DNA of 64,000 bases from Bacteroidales bacterium (GCA_024400755.1 JAKSMG010000011.1:3733-67732), one strand, 5' to 3'; shown: positions 40,690 to 51,342, counted from the stretch's first letter. Numbers and translations are program-made. Notes: a model not told the origin generated them from the letters alone.

Positions 40690-41625
40690 ATGGTTCCTGA
40701 AAAGTATGTGAGATTTGACTGGGCGGTGAAGACGCTACTGCGTGACAAGGCCAACTTCGGCGTGTTGGAGGGGCTCGTGTCGGTGATCCTGAACGAGAAT
40801 ATAACGATTGTCGAGTTGCTCGAAAGCGAGTCTAACAGGGTCGGCTTCGAGGACAAGTACAACCGGGTGGACATCAAGGCCAAGAACTCGAAAGACGAGA
40901 TCATCCTCGTGGAGGTGCAGCAGGCCAGCGAAAGCGACTTCCTCAGCCGCATCCTCTACGGCACTTCAAAGAGCATCGTAGAGCACATCGGCATCGGCGA
41001 CGACTACGGAAAGGTCAAGAAGGTCTATAGCATCAACATCGTCTATTTCAACTTCGGCAAGGGCAGCGACTACCTTTACCACGGGCAGACAAGCTTTGTT
41101 GGCGTGAACACGCACGACAAGCTGCGAATCACCCGCAAACAGCACAACGCGCTGAAGATCTGTACACCCGAGGAAATATTTCCCGAATACTACATCGTCA
41201 GGGTGAACCAATACGACAAGCCCGAAGACGAGGCCGGTACCCCGCTGGAAGAATGGCTCGACTACCTCAAAAACGGCCGCATCAAGGACGGTACCACCAC
41301 GCCGGGGCTGTCCAAGGCCGCCGAAAAGCTGCAGTATATGATGATGAGCAGGGAAGAACAGCAACAGTACTTCCGCTACATGGACCACGTGAAGTTCGAG
41401 CGCAACGCCATGGAAACATCACGCTTAGAAGGACTGACCGAGGGTGTGGAAAAGGGACTGTCCGAAGGCGTAGAAATAGGAAGAGCCGAAGGCATGGAAA
41501 TAGGGAGAGCCGAAGGGGAAAACAAAAAAAATATTGAAGTAGCTCGCAAGATGTTGGCTGAAGGCCTCGACATAAGCTTAATCATCAAAATCACAGGTTT
41601 GACGGAAGAGGACATCAAGGGTTGA
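40690..41625 (+). CDS. Rpn family recombination-promoting nuclease / PD-(D/E)XK putative transposase
   Basis: RFDWAVKTLLRDKANFGVLEG, RVDIKAKN...ILVEVQ, RILYGTSK, EGxxxG repeats and a final HTH-like IIKITGLTEEDI. TATCTTTG box at ~40660 supports ATG 40690. Confidence 0.92.
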   Translation: MVPEKYVRFDWAVKTLLRDKANFGVLEGLVSVILNENITIVELLESESNRVGFEDKYNRVDIKAKNSKDEIILVEVQQASESDFLSRILYGTSKSIVEHIGIGDDYGKVKKVYSINIVYFNFGKGSDYLYHGQTSFVGVNTHDKLRITRKQHNALKICTPEEIFPEYYIVRVNQYDKPEDEAGTPLEEWLDYLKNGRIKDGTTTPGLSKAAEKLQYMMMSREEQQQYFRYMDHVKFERNAMETSRLEGLTEGVEKGLSEGVEIGRAEGMEIGRAEGENKKNIEVARKMLAEGLDISLIIKITGLTEEDIKG

Positions 41626-41801
41626 GAGATCAGAGTTCAGGGTATAAGCAATAAGGGGAAACACATTAATTTCTTAATCTCTCAATTTCTTAATTCTATT
41701 AAACAATGAAACGAATAAAAAAATCGGGATTATGTGTATTTTATTTTTCAGTTTAATTTTTTTGTGTATCTTTGCACTCTAAATTTTAAAATGGAAATAT
41801 T

Positions 41802-42932
41802 ATGAAATTCATCGTATCAAGAGATGTCCTCTATAAAAACTTAAGCGCGATCAGCGGTGTTTTAGGCAACAACAGCACGATGGCCATCTTGGACAACTTT
41901 CTGTTCACCGTTAAGGATAAAACCCTTACCCTGACTGCTTCCGATTTGGATTCCACAATGACCGCCGTCATTGACCTTACCGATGTTGAAGGCGAATGCT
42001 GCGTAGCCGTTCCTTCAAAAATCTTGTTGGAAACATTGAAACTGGTATCCGAAAATCCTATCATCTTCTTGATTGATGAAGCCAACAACGAAGTGAAATA
42101 CACCGTGGCCAATGGTGAATACGAAGCTCCTTGCTATCCTGGCAACGAATATCCACAAATTCCCGTTATGGAAAATGCGAAATCTTTCGAGATGGAACCA
42201 AATATCCTGCAACGGGCTATCAGCAAGACCTTATTTGCCACCGGCAACGACGAACTGCGTCCCACAATGATGGGCGTTTTGTGCGAACTTTCCAGCGACC
42301 ACATCACATTTGTCGCTACAGATGCCCACAAATTGGTTCGTTACAGAAATACCAAGATTACCAACGAAGACTCATGTTCCTTCATCCTGCCCAAGAAACC
42401 TATTTCTCATCTCAAATCCATTTTGGCAGGCATTGAAGAACCCGTCAAGGTTGAATACTCGGCCGATACCAACCATATTCAATTTTCTTTCGGTAATCTC
42501 CAATTGATCTCTTCACTCAAGGAAGGAAAATATCCCAATTACGAAAATGTAATTCCACAGGAAAATCCCAACACATTGATTGTCAACAGAGACGAATTTT
42601 TGCGTTCCATCAAGCGTGTGGGCAACTATTCCAACCAGTCCACCTTCCAAGTGCGCGTTTCCTTATCTGAAGAAGGAACCAGCATCACAGCAGAAGATAT
42701 CGATTTCTCCAACAAGGCGGTGGAAAGTATTGCCGGTCTTTACACGGGCGAGAAAATGGATATCGGCTTCAATTCCAAGTTCCTCCGCGAGATGTTGGAC
42801 AATATGGACGGTTCAGAAATCAGATTGGAAATGTCTCAACCTAACAAGGCGGCCTTGATTCTGCCAGTTGAAGAAAATTCGCCAGAAGAGAATCTGTTGA
42901 TGCTGATTATGCCGGTAATGTTGAATTACTAA
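41802..42932 (+). CDS. dnaN: DNA polymerase III beta clamp
   Basis: ILDNFLF, VATDAHKL, GKYPNYENVIP, IGFNSKFL and LIMPVML motifs. Confidence 0.97.
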   Translation: MKFIVSRDVLYKNLSAISGVLGNNSTMAILDNFLFTVKDKTLTLTASDLDSTMTAVIDLTDVEGECCVAVPSKILLETLKLVSENPIIFLIDEANNEVKYTVANGEYEAPCYPGNEYPQIPVMENAKSFEMEPNILQRAISKTLFATGNDELRPTMMGVLCELSSDHITFVATDAHKLVRYRNTKITNEDSCSFILPKKPISHLKSILAGIEEPVKVEYSADTNHIQFSFGNLQLISSLKEGKYPNYENVIPQENPNTLIVNRDEFLRSIKRVGNYSNQSTFQVRVSLSEEGTSITAEDIDFSNKAVESIAGLYTGEKMDIGFNSKFLREMLDNMDGSEIRLEMSQPNKAALILPVEENSPEENLLMLIMPVMLNY

Positions 42933-42945
42933 ATTTCATAATAAC

Positions 42946-43289
42946 AACGGTGGCTGTTCTGTCGCTGCTTTCGCAAGAAAGGAGAGGAAAGTCCGGGCAA
43001 CACAGAGCACCATACTTCTTAACAGGAAGGGGTTCCGCAAGGAATTACAGACAGGGCCACAGAAAACTACCGCCCAATTCGTTGGGTAAGGGTGAAAACG
43101 CGAGGCAAGAGCTCACGACGCCGGTAGTGATATTCGGCGGGGGTAAACCTTATGGGTTGAAAAACCAAATAAACCGAGGCTTGAGGGTTGCTCGCCCAAT
43201 CTCGGAGGGTAGGTCGATTGAGCATTGCGGCAACGTAATGTCTAGATAAATGACAGAAACATACAGAACCCGGCTTATAGGTCACCGTT
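42946..43289 (+). ncRNA. rnpB: RNase P RNA (class A)
   Basis: GAGGAAAGTCCGGGC at the 5' end, GGGTGAAA, GGTAAACC and ACAGAACCCGGCTTAT at the 3' end; closing stem AACGGTGGC/GTCACCGTT. Confidence 0.97.
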
Positions 43290-43298
43290 TTCTATAAC

Positions 43299-43325
43299 AA
43301 AAAAGACGCTTAAAGCGTCTTTTTT
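43299..43325. terminator. Bidirectional intrinsic terminator
   Basis: AAAAAGACGCTT-A-AAGCGTCTTTTT between rnpB and the convergent gene. Confidence 0.85.
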
Positions 43326-43327
43326 GT

Positions 43328-43975
43328 TTATTTCGTAAATACATACTGGATGATATTGGCACCCATCTGCAAGGCTTTCGTCCGCGTGGACTCACTGTCT
43401 CCGTGAACAATGGCATCTTCCCATCCATCGCCAAGGTCGCACTCGTAGGTAAAAAGACACACGATTCGATCTTCCCAAATCAAGGCAAAGGCCTGAGGTG
43501 GCTTGGCATCGTGTTCATGAATTTTCGGTAAACCGCGTGGAAAATCATATTTTTGATGAAAAATAGGATGGCTATAAGGTACTTCCACAAAGTCCAACTC
43601 GGGGAAAACCACCTTCATCTGCGTCCGGATGAAATTATTCAACCCATAATTGTCGTCAATATGCAAAAAACCGCCAGACATAAGATACATCCTAAGATTT
43701 TGAGCTTCATCTTCGCTAAAAACCACATTGCCGTGACCGGTCATATGCACAAAAGGATACTGAAACAAATCGGCACTGCCCACTTCTACCGTGGCAGGTT
43801 CCTTGTCAATGGATGTTCCCAAATTCTTATTGCAAAAAGCAATCAAATTGGGCAAAGAAGTCGGGTTGGCATACCAGTCACCACCGCCGTGATATTTCAA
43901 CAAGGCAATCTTTTGACCAAAGCCCGTCATCACGACAAAGACTAAAAACAATATAACTATTAATCGTTTCATCAT
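43328..43975 (-). CDS. DUF4159 family protein
   Basis: GGGDWYANPTSLPNL, HMTGHG, GGFLHIDDNYG, PKIHEHD and DLGDGWED motifs. Confidence 0.85.
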   Translation of the reverse strand: MMKRLIVILFLVFVVMTGFGQKIALLKYHGGGDWYANPTSLPNLIAFCNKNLGTSIDKEPATVEVGSADLFQYPFVHMTGHGNVVFSEDEAQNLRMYLMSGGFLHIDDNYGLNNFIRTQMKVVFPELDFVEVPYSHPIFHQKYDFPRGLPKIHEHDAKPPQAFALIWEDRIVCLFTYECDLGDGWEDAIVHGDSESTRTKALQMGANIIQYVFTK

Positions 43976-43982
43976 AACATCA

Positions 43983-46079
43983 TTATAAACCGCCATTCCA
44001 CTTTCTCAAGAACCATTCCACTGCCAACAAAAGAACTATGCAGGCAAAATACCACCACGAATTCAACAAAAGACTATACTTTTTATTGTAATTGGCGATG
44101 GGCTTGATATTGTCATTGTTCTTGATCTCCTTTTCAATTTTCTGCATATCCGAAGGCAGGTAAAACTTTCCATTGGTAACCGACGACATACTTTGCAACA
44201 GATTGTGATCAGCCACCAGATTCGTGCTTTCCAACAAAACCTCTTCAACAGAAAAAGCACCCGTTTTGGAATAGCTGTTCTTTCCATACTTGGTATGACA
44301 TTCCCAAGAATACTCTCCCACGGGAAGATCACCCATATCCAACACATATTGATTATTCTGCTTGGACAATTGTTGTTCATATTTCTTGCCGTCCTCATCG
44401 GTAATGGTGATGGAGACATCGGCATCGTTTATCAATTCATAACTTTCATTGTACAACTCTGCCGTAATGACTACCGGCTGATATTCCTCGTAAACATTCT
44501 TGGCCAACACCCTGAAGAAACTCTTGTCGGATTTTACCGACAGATATGTCACCATCTTGTTCACGATTTCGTCAAACTGCTGATGCGACTGCGTATAAAG
44601 ATAATTGTACAACTTCCACTGCCAAATTCCCGTACCGCAAATCACGCCGGTTTTCACGCCATTGTGATCATTAAACAAAACCATAGGATAATTAGAATTT
44701 ACCCCACTAATTTTCTGATAAAGAAAGACATTGGCAGAGACAGGTGTCTTATATTCGCCAAAAATCGTTGAAATAGGCGGCAGTTTTTTGATTAATTGAC
44801 GAGCTTCTTCGGAAAAAGTAAACGCAGTAAAATTCTCGTTGAAATTCGGCATCGAACTATTGAGCAAATTCTTGGACTGCTGAATGGAAACGCCTGCACC
44901 AAGATTATTAAAAGACGGAAGATTTGTCTGTGTGCCAACGATATACAAAGTAGAAGTCTTCGTTTTTTGTAATTGTGACAAAAGATTGGCAGCCGGTTGC
45001 GAAACCGAAGGAAGTTGATGCAGGATGACCAGGGAATAATCATCCACCGATGCCCTAAATTCCTGAATCGGGAAAACATCCACCTCATAGTTTTCGGCAC
45101 TTTCCAATGCCGACCTGATTGCGGCCACATCGGGATGCGGGCCGTTATAGACAATCGCCACTTTTTCTCTCGAATCAATCACTTCCACATAAAAATGAGC
45201 CACATTGTTTTTATGGGTGATTTCGCCGTCCAATTCAGTCAAAGTGACCGTATATTTATGAAGTCCCTTCGTTTTGGCCTCAATATTTGCCGTAACCGTT
45301 TCAAAAAAGTTACGGCTGTTGATGTTCATATTTTTCGTCAGCAGGTCCTCATTTCCCTCGGACAAAGTCAAGGTGAAGTTTTTATTGGCCAACTGCGTGG
45401 CCGCCACCTTGATTTCAACGGGGAAATAATTGCCTTTCAAGGCCTGCTTATTATGATTCACACCCTTAACCAGCAAATCGGTAACCATTTCGGTAGAGCC
45501 CAAACCCACGGTATAGATAGGATATTCCGCAGAGGCCGCCTTATAATAAGGATTACTTTCAGTATTATAAATTCCATCGGAAAAAACGATGACCGAACCG
45601 ATGTTTCTATTGCCATACAAAGTGGCGATATCCGAAAAAACGGACGACAAATTCGTTGCTTTTTCCTCAAAAGTCAAAGAATTAACATTAAATTCGTCCA
45701 TTTTCCTGCTTTCGCTGCCCACCGTATAGATTTGCACATCATAGGTATCGTCAAACGAAGAAACCAACTTTTCCAATTGTTTTGGATATTCGTGACGATA
45801 ATAGGCAGAATCTTTGGACAACACCACCGATTCGGAATTGTCAATGGCAAAAACAATCACCGGTTTATCCAATTCCTTGACCACCATCTTCAACATAGGA
45901 GCAAGAAGCAAAAAGCACAAGAGCGAAACCGCCAAGCCACGCAGACAGCTCATAATGATGCGACTACGCTTGTCGAGATCCAAGGTTTTGGACTTGTAGT
46001 ACAACAAGACGGCACAACCCGCACCCACCAAGAGGCACAAAGGCAGAAACCACAGCGAATATTGAGTTAGGAGAGACAT
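43983..46079 (-). CDS. Membrane protein with VWA-like and glutamine-amidotransferase-like domains
   Basis: N-terminal TM helices, IDNSES and FSDG MIDAS-like motifs, PHPDVAAI and C-terminal EWFLRKWNG. Confidence 0.7.
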   Translation of the reverse strand: MSLLTQYSLWFLPLCLLVGAGCAVLLYYKSKTLDLDKRSRIIMSCLRGLAVSLLCFLLLAPMLKMVVKELDKPVIVFAIDNSESVVLSKDSAYYRHEYPKQLEKLVSSFDDTYDVQIYTVGSESRKMDEFNVNSLTFEEKATNLSSVFSDIATLYGNRNIGSVIVFSDGIYNTESNPYYKAASAEYPIYTVGLGSTEMVTDLLVKGVNHNKQALKGNYFPVEIKVAATQLANKNFTLTLSEGNEDLLTKNMNINSRNFFETVTANIEAKTKGLHKYTVTLTELDGEITHKNNVAHFYVEVIDSREKVAIVYNGPHPDVAAIRSALESAENYEVDVFPIQEFRASVDDYSLVILHQLPSVSQPAANLLSQLQKTKTSTLYIVGTQTNLPSFNNLGAGVSIQQSKNLLNSSMPNFNENFTAFTFSEEARQLIKKLPPISTIFGEYKTPVSANVFLYQKISGVNSNYPMVLFNDHNGVKTGVICGTGIWQWKLYNYLYTQSHQQFDEIVNKMVTYLSVKSDKSFFRVLAKNVYEEYQPVVITAELYNESYELINDADVSITITDEDGKKYEQQLSKQNNQYVLDMGDLPVGEYSWECHTKYGKNSYSKTGAFSVEEVLLESTNLVADHNLLQSMSSVTNGKFYLPSDMQKIEKEIKNNDNIKPIANYNKKYSLLLNSWWYFACIVLLLAVEWFLRKWNGGL

Positions 46080-46089
46080 TTATCCAGTT

Positions 46090-47085
46090 TTAGAAATGCT
46101 TGATTCCAATGATTTCACGAACATTGCCAACGGTTTGGTCGGCACTGGCGCGTGCTTTTTCGGCACCTTGACGAGCAACACGATTGATATATTCGTCATT
46201 GCTACGCAACTCCTTGATCCTTTCGTAGATAGGAGCAGTAAAGTTCACGATATCCTCTGCCAGCTGCTTCTTCATATCGCCATAACGAATTTGGCAGGTA
46301 TTGTATTTTTCCTCAAAAAAGGCCAAGGTTTCAGGTGACGAGACGGCCGCCATCAGCGCAAACAGGTTCTCGATGGCTTGTGCCTTGGGCTGGTTGGGTT
46401 CTGTTGGACCGGAATCCGAAACCGCCTTCATCACTTTTTTGCGAATAACCGTCGGTTCATCGGACAAATAAATGCAAGAAGCTTCGTTATCCGATTTCGA
46501 CATCTTGGTAGAGCCGTCCAAACCTGGAATTTTCACCAATTGCTGACCGAAATTGTAGGCCACTGGCAACTTGAAATAGTCAACCCCGTAAATGTGATTA
46601 AAACGCTGCGCAAAATCGCGAGTCATTTCCAGATGCTGTTCCTGATCCTTTCCCACAGGCACTTTGTCGGCACGATGAAGCAAAATATCCGCCGCCATCA
46701 GCACGGGATAATTCAGCAAACCCGCATTGACATTATTGGGCTGACGACGAACCTTTTCCTTGAAAGAAGCCACACGCTGCAACTCGCCCACATAAACATT
46801 CATCGACAGAAGAGTTGTCAACTCACACACCTGCGGCACGTCGCTCTGCACATAAATCGTCGATTTTTCGGGATCTATGCCCGCAGCCAAATAGTCAATC
46901 AACACATTTTTTATGTTCGTATGCAAATCGGCAGGTGTCGGATGCGTCGTCAAGGAATGATAATCGGCGATGAAGAAAAAGCAGTTGTTGTCATTCTGCA
47001 TTTTGATAAAGTTCCGCAATGCGCCAAAATAATTTCCCAGATGCAAAAAACCTGTCGGTCTGATTCCACTTACTACTGTATCCAT
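46090..47085 (-). CDS. trpS: Tryptophan--tRNA ligase
   Basis: SGIRPTGFLHLGNY, VPVGKDQEQH and KMSKS motifs. Confidence 0.98.
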   Translation of the reverse strand: MDTVVSGIRPTGFLHLGNYFGALRNFIKMQNDNNCFFFIADYHSLTTHPTPADLHTNIKNVLIDYLAAGIDPEKSTIYVQSDVPQVCELTTLLSMNVYVGELQRVASFKEKVRRQPNNVNAGLLNYPVLMAADILLHRADKVPVGKDQEQHLEMTRDFAQRFNHIYGVDYFKLPVAYNFGQQLVKIPGLDGSTKMSKSDNEASCIYLSDEPTVIRKKVMKAVSDSGPTEPNQPKAQAIENLFALMAAVSSPETLAFFEEKYNTCQIRYGDMKKQLAEDIVNFTAPIYERIKELRSNDEYINRVARQGAEKARASADQTVGNVREIIGIKHF

Positions 47086-47539
47086 ATTGTTCTTCTTATT
47101 TTAAATGCAAAAATACAAAAAAATACCGAAATCTCAGCTTCAATTTTTAAATTGATTTTTTTACAACAAAAATCACAAAATTTCGTTATTTAATCTCTTA
47201 TCATACTTTAATAAATCTATTGTTATAATTAATAATTGAAAAATATTATTACAATAATTATATATAATGATAAATTTATTAAATAAATAATTGAGGTAAA
47301 TATACAAAAAAAACGCTTTTTTACAAACAATTTCGGAATTATCCCTTTTAGTCTTGTAAAAGATTATTTTTACGAGAATATTTTTCTTTTCCGTTACTTT
47401 CTTTGCCACCCAAAGAAAGGTTTGCCGCTGCCTACAAAAATAAAATCAGCCATTGGCATTCAATTCTCTAAATTTATTATTTTTGCACATCATAAAGAAA
47501 ACGATATTTTTGACCATCATCTCATTCGCAGAAACCCGT

Positions 47540-48982
47540 ATGAATATGAAAATAAAGCACATCTTACTTGCCATTATTCTGCTGACGCAAAGCATTTTAT
47601 ACGCACAAAACGACGCCAATCCCAGCAATTTCCAACTCAGCGTCGAACCGAGTACTGCTACCGTGAAAATTGACGGAAAAATCGTTGAAAACATAAACGG
47701 AACCATCTTGTTACAACTCACAGACGGACAGCACGCATACGAAATTTCCGATCCCTATTATGTCAGTAAGACGGGCAACTTCAACATTAACGCCGGCAAA
47801 AACAACAAATACAAGGTTACGCTATCAAGCAATTTCGGTTATTTACAAGTTTCGTCATATCCAGAGCAAAGTGCCAAAGTCTTCATTGACGGCGAAGAAG
47901 TCGGGAAAACGCCCTACACCTCTGGGAAACTCCTTGCGAAAAACCACGAAATACAAATTGTCAAAGAACAATACGAAACAGTAAATCAAACGATTGAAAT
48001 CTCAAAAGATGGAATCACGCAAAATATCCGCGTTCAGTTAAGGCCACTTTTTGCACTCACCACCCTAAGCTGTGCTGACGAAAAGGCAGAACTTCTCGTC
48101 AATGGGGAACGCAAGGGCATCAAAAACTGGACCGGCCGATTAGAAGCCGGAACTTACGAACTGGAAGCACGCAAGGACCTGTGCCATTCAAGTTTCAGAA
48201 CCGTCACGATTGCCAACGGCAGCGACACAACCTTTCATTTGGAAAAACCAATTCCATATAGCGGAAAACTCGTCGTCACCAGTACACCGACCGACGCTGA
48301 AATTTTCCTCAACGGAAAAAAGGCAGGATTTACACCGGTAGAAATATCGCCTATCACGGTGGGCACGTACGACCTGAAGATTCGAAAAATCGGATACTAC
48401 TCAACGAGCCAGGCCATCAACATTTGCAAGGATTCCACCTTGTATCTGGATTTTCTGTTATCCAACGAAAAATCTGATACGGCCAAGAAGATCGTGGACA
48501 ACAGTATCTACGACCAACCCCGTTTTTTGATTACACTAAACGCCACCGTTTCGCTAAAAAAGGTATGGTCTTTCGGATTTAGGTTAGGCACCGTGAAAAA
48601 ATGGGGCTGGAATGCTTCCGTGATGTACAATTTCAAACAATACGCCTTTGACGCACAAATGCCTTCATCAGGTGCAAGATACAATTTCGACCAGGAAAGC
48701 ACCACCCGTTTAGGCATAACCGCCGGCGGCGTATATCGTCCACACAAGAACATCCTCGTCTTCCTCAATGCGGGCTATGGATTTTTGGGTGTCTGCAACC
48801 GTCAGGCAGGAAGCAACAAATATTTTCTCGACCAGGCCCAAACCATCAAGGGCGTCGAATGTTCCGCAGGAATTATGGCTACTTTCGGCGGTTTTCTACT
48901 TTCCTTCGAAGCAGCCACCATCAACTTCAAATGCTGCGAATTCAAAATAGGAATTGGCGGTTTGTTCAACACAAAAAGGTAA
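47540..48982 (+). CDS. PEGA-repeat protein with C-terminal beta-barrel-like domain
   Basis: Signal peptide, several PEGA-like repeats (SYPEQSAKVFIDGEEVGKTP, STPTDAEIFLNGKKAGFTP) and an amphipathic beta-strand C-terminus. Confidence 0.8.
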   Translation: MNMKIKHILLAIILLTQSILYAQNDANPSNFQLSVEPSTATVKIDGKIVENINGTILLQLTDGQHAYEISDPYYVSKTGNFNINAGKNNKYKVTLSSNFGYLQVSSYPEQSAKVFIDGEEVGKTPYTSGKLLAKNHEIQIVKEQYETVNQTIEISKDGITQNIRVQLRPLFALTTLSCADEKAELLVNGERKGIKNWTGRLEAGTYELEARKDLCHSSFRTVTIANGSDTTFHLEKPIPYSGKLVVTSTPTDAEIFLNGKKAGFTPVEISPITVGTYDLKIRKIGYYSTSQAINICKDSTLYLDFLLSNEKSDTAKKIVDNSIYDQPRFLITLNATVSLKKVWSFGFRLGTVKKWGWNASVMYNFKQYAFDAQMPSSGARYNFDQESTTRLGITAGGVYRPHKNILVFLNAGYGFLGVCNRQAGSNKYFLDQAQTIKGVECSAGIMATFGGFLLSFEAATINFKCCEFKIGIGGLFNTKR

Positions 48983-49086
48983 TTTAACGCACAAATTACA
49001 ATTTTCACTATAAGTATCATTTTTTTTTGTACTTTTGCAATTTAGTATTTATATATAATAAAAAAGCAAAAAACGCAAGCTAAAAA

Positions 49087-51330
49087 ATGAACTTTGTCAG
49101 TGACTTAGCGATAATCCTAATGGCGGCAAGCATTTTCATCATTATTTCGAAAGTGCTTAAGCAACCGCCAATATTAGGATATATCATTGCCGGTTTCTTG
49201 GTGAGTCCCCATTTGGGATTGGTTCCCATCTCCAATATGGAAGGCGTTTATGAATGGGCAGAGATCGGGGTCATTTTCCTTATGTTTGCGCACGGTTTGG
49301 AATTTAGTTTCAAAAAACTGCTAAAAGTAGGCAGTGGGGCCAGCATCACAGCGGGGATAAAATGCCTCGGGATGTTTGCTTTCGGCCTCTTTACGGGTTA
49401 TTTAATAGGATTGAGTTTACAAGCCAGTATCTTCATCGGCGGTTTGTTGTCGATGTCGTCCACACCCATCATCAACAAAGCTTACGACGACCTTGGACTC
49501 AAAGAGAAGCCGCACTCCCCTGTCCTATTCGGTTCCTTGGTTTTCCAAGATATGATAGCCATCTTGCTATTGGTCTTGTTATCGACCTTTGCGGCAAGGC
49601 AGCAATTTGCCGGCGAAGAAATGCTCATAGCTTTTGGAAAATTTGGCTTTTTCATCTTATTATGGTCTGTAGTAGGCATTTATGCCATACCGTCAATCTT
49701 GAATAAAGCACACAAATACCTCAACAACGAAATTATTCTGATCATTGCCATCGGGCTTTGCTTTTTGATGGTGGCCGTGGCCAACTTGGCCGGATTTTCT
49801 TCGGCTTTAGGTGCCTTTGTAATGGGTTCCATCTTATCCGAAACCGTTGAAAGTGAACGAATGGAACACGTGATGGGCAGCATCAAGGACTTGTTCGGAG
49901 CCATTTTCTTCATTTCCGTAAGTATGATGGTGGACATTTCCAGCATTGGCAACCAATGGCCTTATATCATCATTTATTCGGCAGAAGCCATGTTGGGCAT
50001 TATTATTTTTTCCACCATTGGCGCGTTACTGTCGGGACAAGGCATCCGAAATTCCATCTACATCAGCTTTAGTTTGGCTCAATTAGGTGAATTTGCATTC
50101 ATCATTGCCGCATTAGGAGTCCAATTTGACATCATTCCAGACTACACCTATCCCATCGTCATTTGTGTGTCGTTGGTAACCACCTTCCTCACTCCGTATA
50201 TGATCAAGGCTGCCGGCCCGTTTAGCGACTGGCTTTATCGTATTCTTCCTCAAAAAGTCATTCAAAAACTGGATCCAGATCCCAACGAAAATCCCAAAAA
50301 AGAATCGACGGCCGAACAAAACGAATGGCGTCATCTGCTCCGCAGCTATTTTGAACGTATGATGCTTTTCGGAATCATTCTTTCCGCCATTATCATTTTT
50401 TCAAAAAAATATTGTATTGATTTTATCGCCCACACATTCCCATACAAGTCTCCGGAAATAACAGAATGGATTGTTTTCGTCCTCACTTTGATTATCATGC
50501 TGCCGTTTTTATATGGATTTGCCATCAACAACAAATCAGAGCAACGTTCAGCCGAATTGCTCATCAAGCATAACAGAAGCGCCAAATGGGTGATTCGGGC
50601 GCTCAATGTCATTAAAATATTCCTCGCTGCAGGATTTTTGGTGATAGCGATTATCAACTTGATTCACGTAAACGTGGAAGTCTATATTTTGATGGTGGCG
50701 TCACTTATTTTGGCACTCTTGTTGGCATACCGTTCTTCACGAAGGTTTACCCAGATTGAAGACCACTTTTTCTCCAATCTTCACGACAAAGAACGAAGAG
50801 AACGTGCCGCAAAACCCATCACCACTTCGGTCAGCGACAAACTGAAAGGCTATGACGTCCATATCGAAAGCGTACAAATAACTCCCGATTTCAGTTATAT
50901 CGGCAAGACCTTGCGCGAAATGCCGTTTAGACACGTTTCCGGGGTAAACATTATGGAAGTCGCCCACGGAGACCGACACGTCAGAATACCGCGAGGCAGT
51001 GAGCCCATCTTTCCCTACGACACCCTTGTGGCAGTGGGCACGACTGAACAACTCGAGAATTTCAAATCTATCATCGACAAGAATTCTCCCAAGATTGAAA
51101 AAGAAGAAAGAAGCAAATTCGTCGTTCAAAGACTTGACATCGAGAAAGATTCATTTTTAGCTGGCAAATCTTTAAAAGAAAGCGACTTAAGAGCATCCGG
51201 ATGTTTAGTGGTAAGCATCCTTCGAAATGATAAATTTATTACAAATCCAAAACAAGACGATTTCATTATGGAAGGCGACAAGGTATGGATAGCAGGGGAA
51301 CAAGAGTCTTGCGAATGGTTTCTCAATTAA
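49087..51330 (+). CDS. CPA2 cation:proton antiporter with two TrkA-C domains
   Basis: QPPILGYIIAG, AEIGVIFLMF, AQLGEFAFII and two C-terminal RCK-C repeats (IGKTLRE, AGKSLKE). Confidence 0.9.
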   Translation: MNFVSDLAIILMAASIFIIISKVLKQPPILGYIIAGFLVSPHLGLVPISNMEGVYEWAEIGVIFLMFAHGLEFSFKKLLKVGSGASITAGIKCLGMFAFGLFTGYLIGLSLQASIFIGGLLSMSSTPIINKAYDDLGLKEKPHSPVLFGSLVFQDMIAILLLVLLSTFAARQQFAGEEMLIAFGKFGFFILLWSVVGIYAIPSILNKAHKYLNNEIILIIAIGLCFLMVAVANLAGFSSALGAFVMGSILSETVESERMEHVMGSIKDLFGAIFFISVSMMVDISSIGNQWPYIIIYSAEAMLGIIIFSTIGALLSGQGIRNSIYISFSLAQLGEFAFIIAALGVQFDIIPDYTYPIVICVSLVTTFLTPYMIKAAGPFSDWLYRILPQKVIQKLDPDPNENPKKESTAEQNEWRHLLRSYFERMMLFGIILSAIIIFSKKYCIDFIAHTFPYKSPEITEWIVFVLTLIIMLPFLYGFAINNKSEQRSAELLIKHNRSAKWVIRALNVIKIFLAAGFLVIAIINLIHVNVEVYILMVASLILALLLAYRSSRRFTQIEDHFFSNLHDKERRERAAKPITTSVSDKLKGYDVHIESVQITPDFSYIGKTLREMPFRHVSGVNIMEVAHGDRHVRIPRGSEPIFPYDTLVAVGTTEQLENFKSIIDKNSPKIEKEERSKFVVQRLDIEKDSFLAGKSLKESDLRASGCLVVSILRNDKFITNPKQDDFIMEGDKVWIAGEQESCEWFLN

Positions 51331-51342
51331 AAAGTGACAACA

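Noticed and set aside
42950-43285. Short ORFs on both strands
   Set aside because: They lie within the RNase P RNA gene.
44997-47193. Long plus-strand ORFs (357 aa and 271 aa)
   Set aside because: Antisense shadows of the VWA-like gene and trpS.
47100-47450. Very AT-rich gap as a possible oriC
   Set aside because: No cluster of DnaA boxes seen; consistent with a divergent promoter region.
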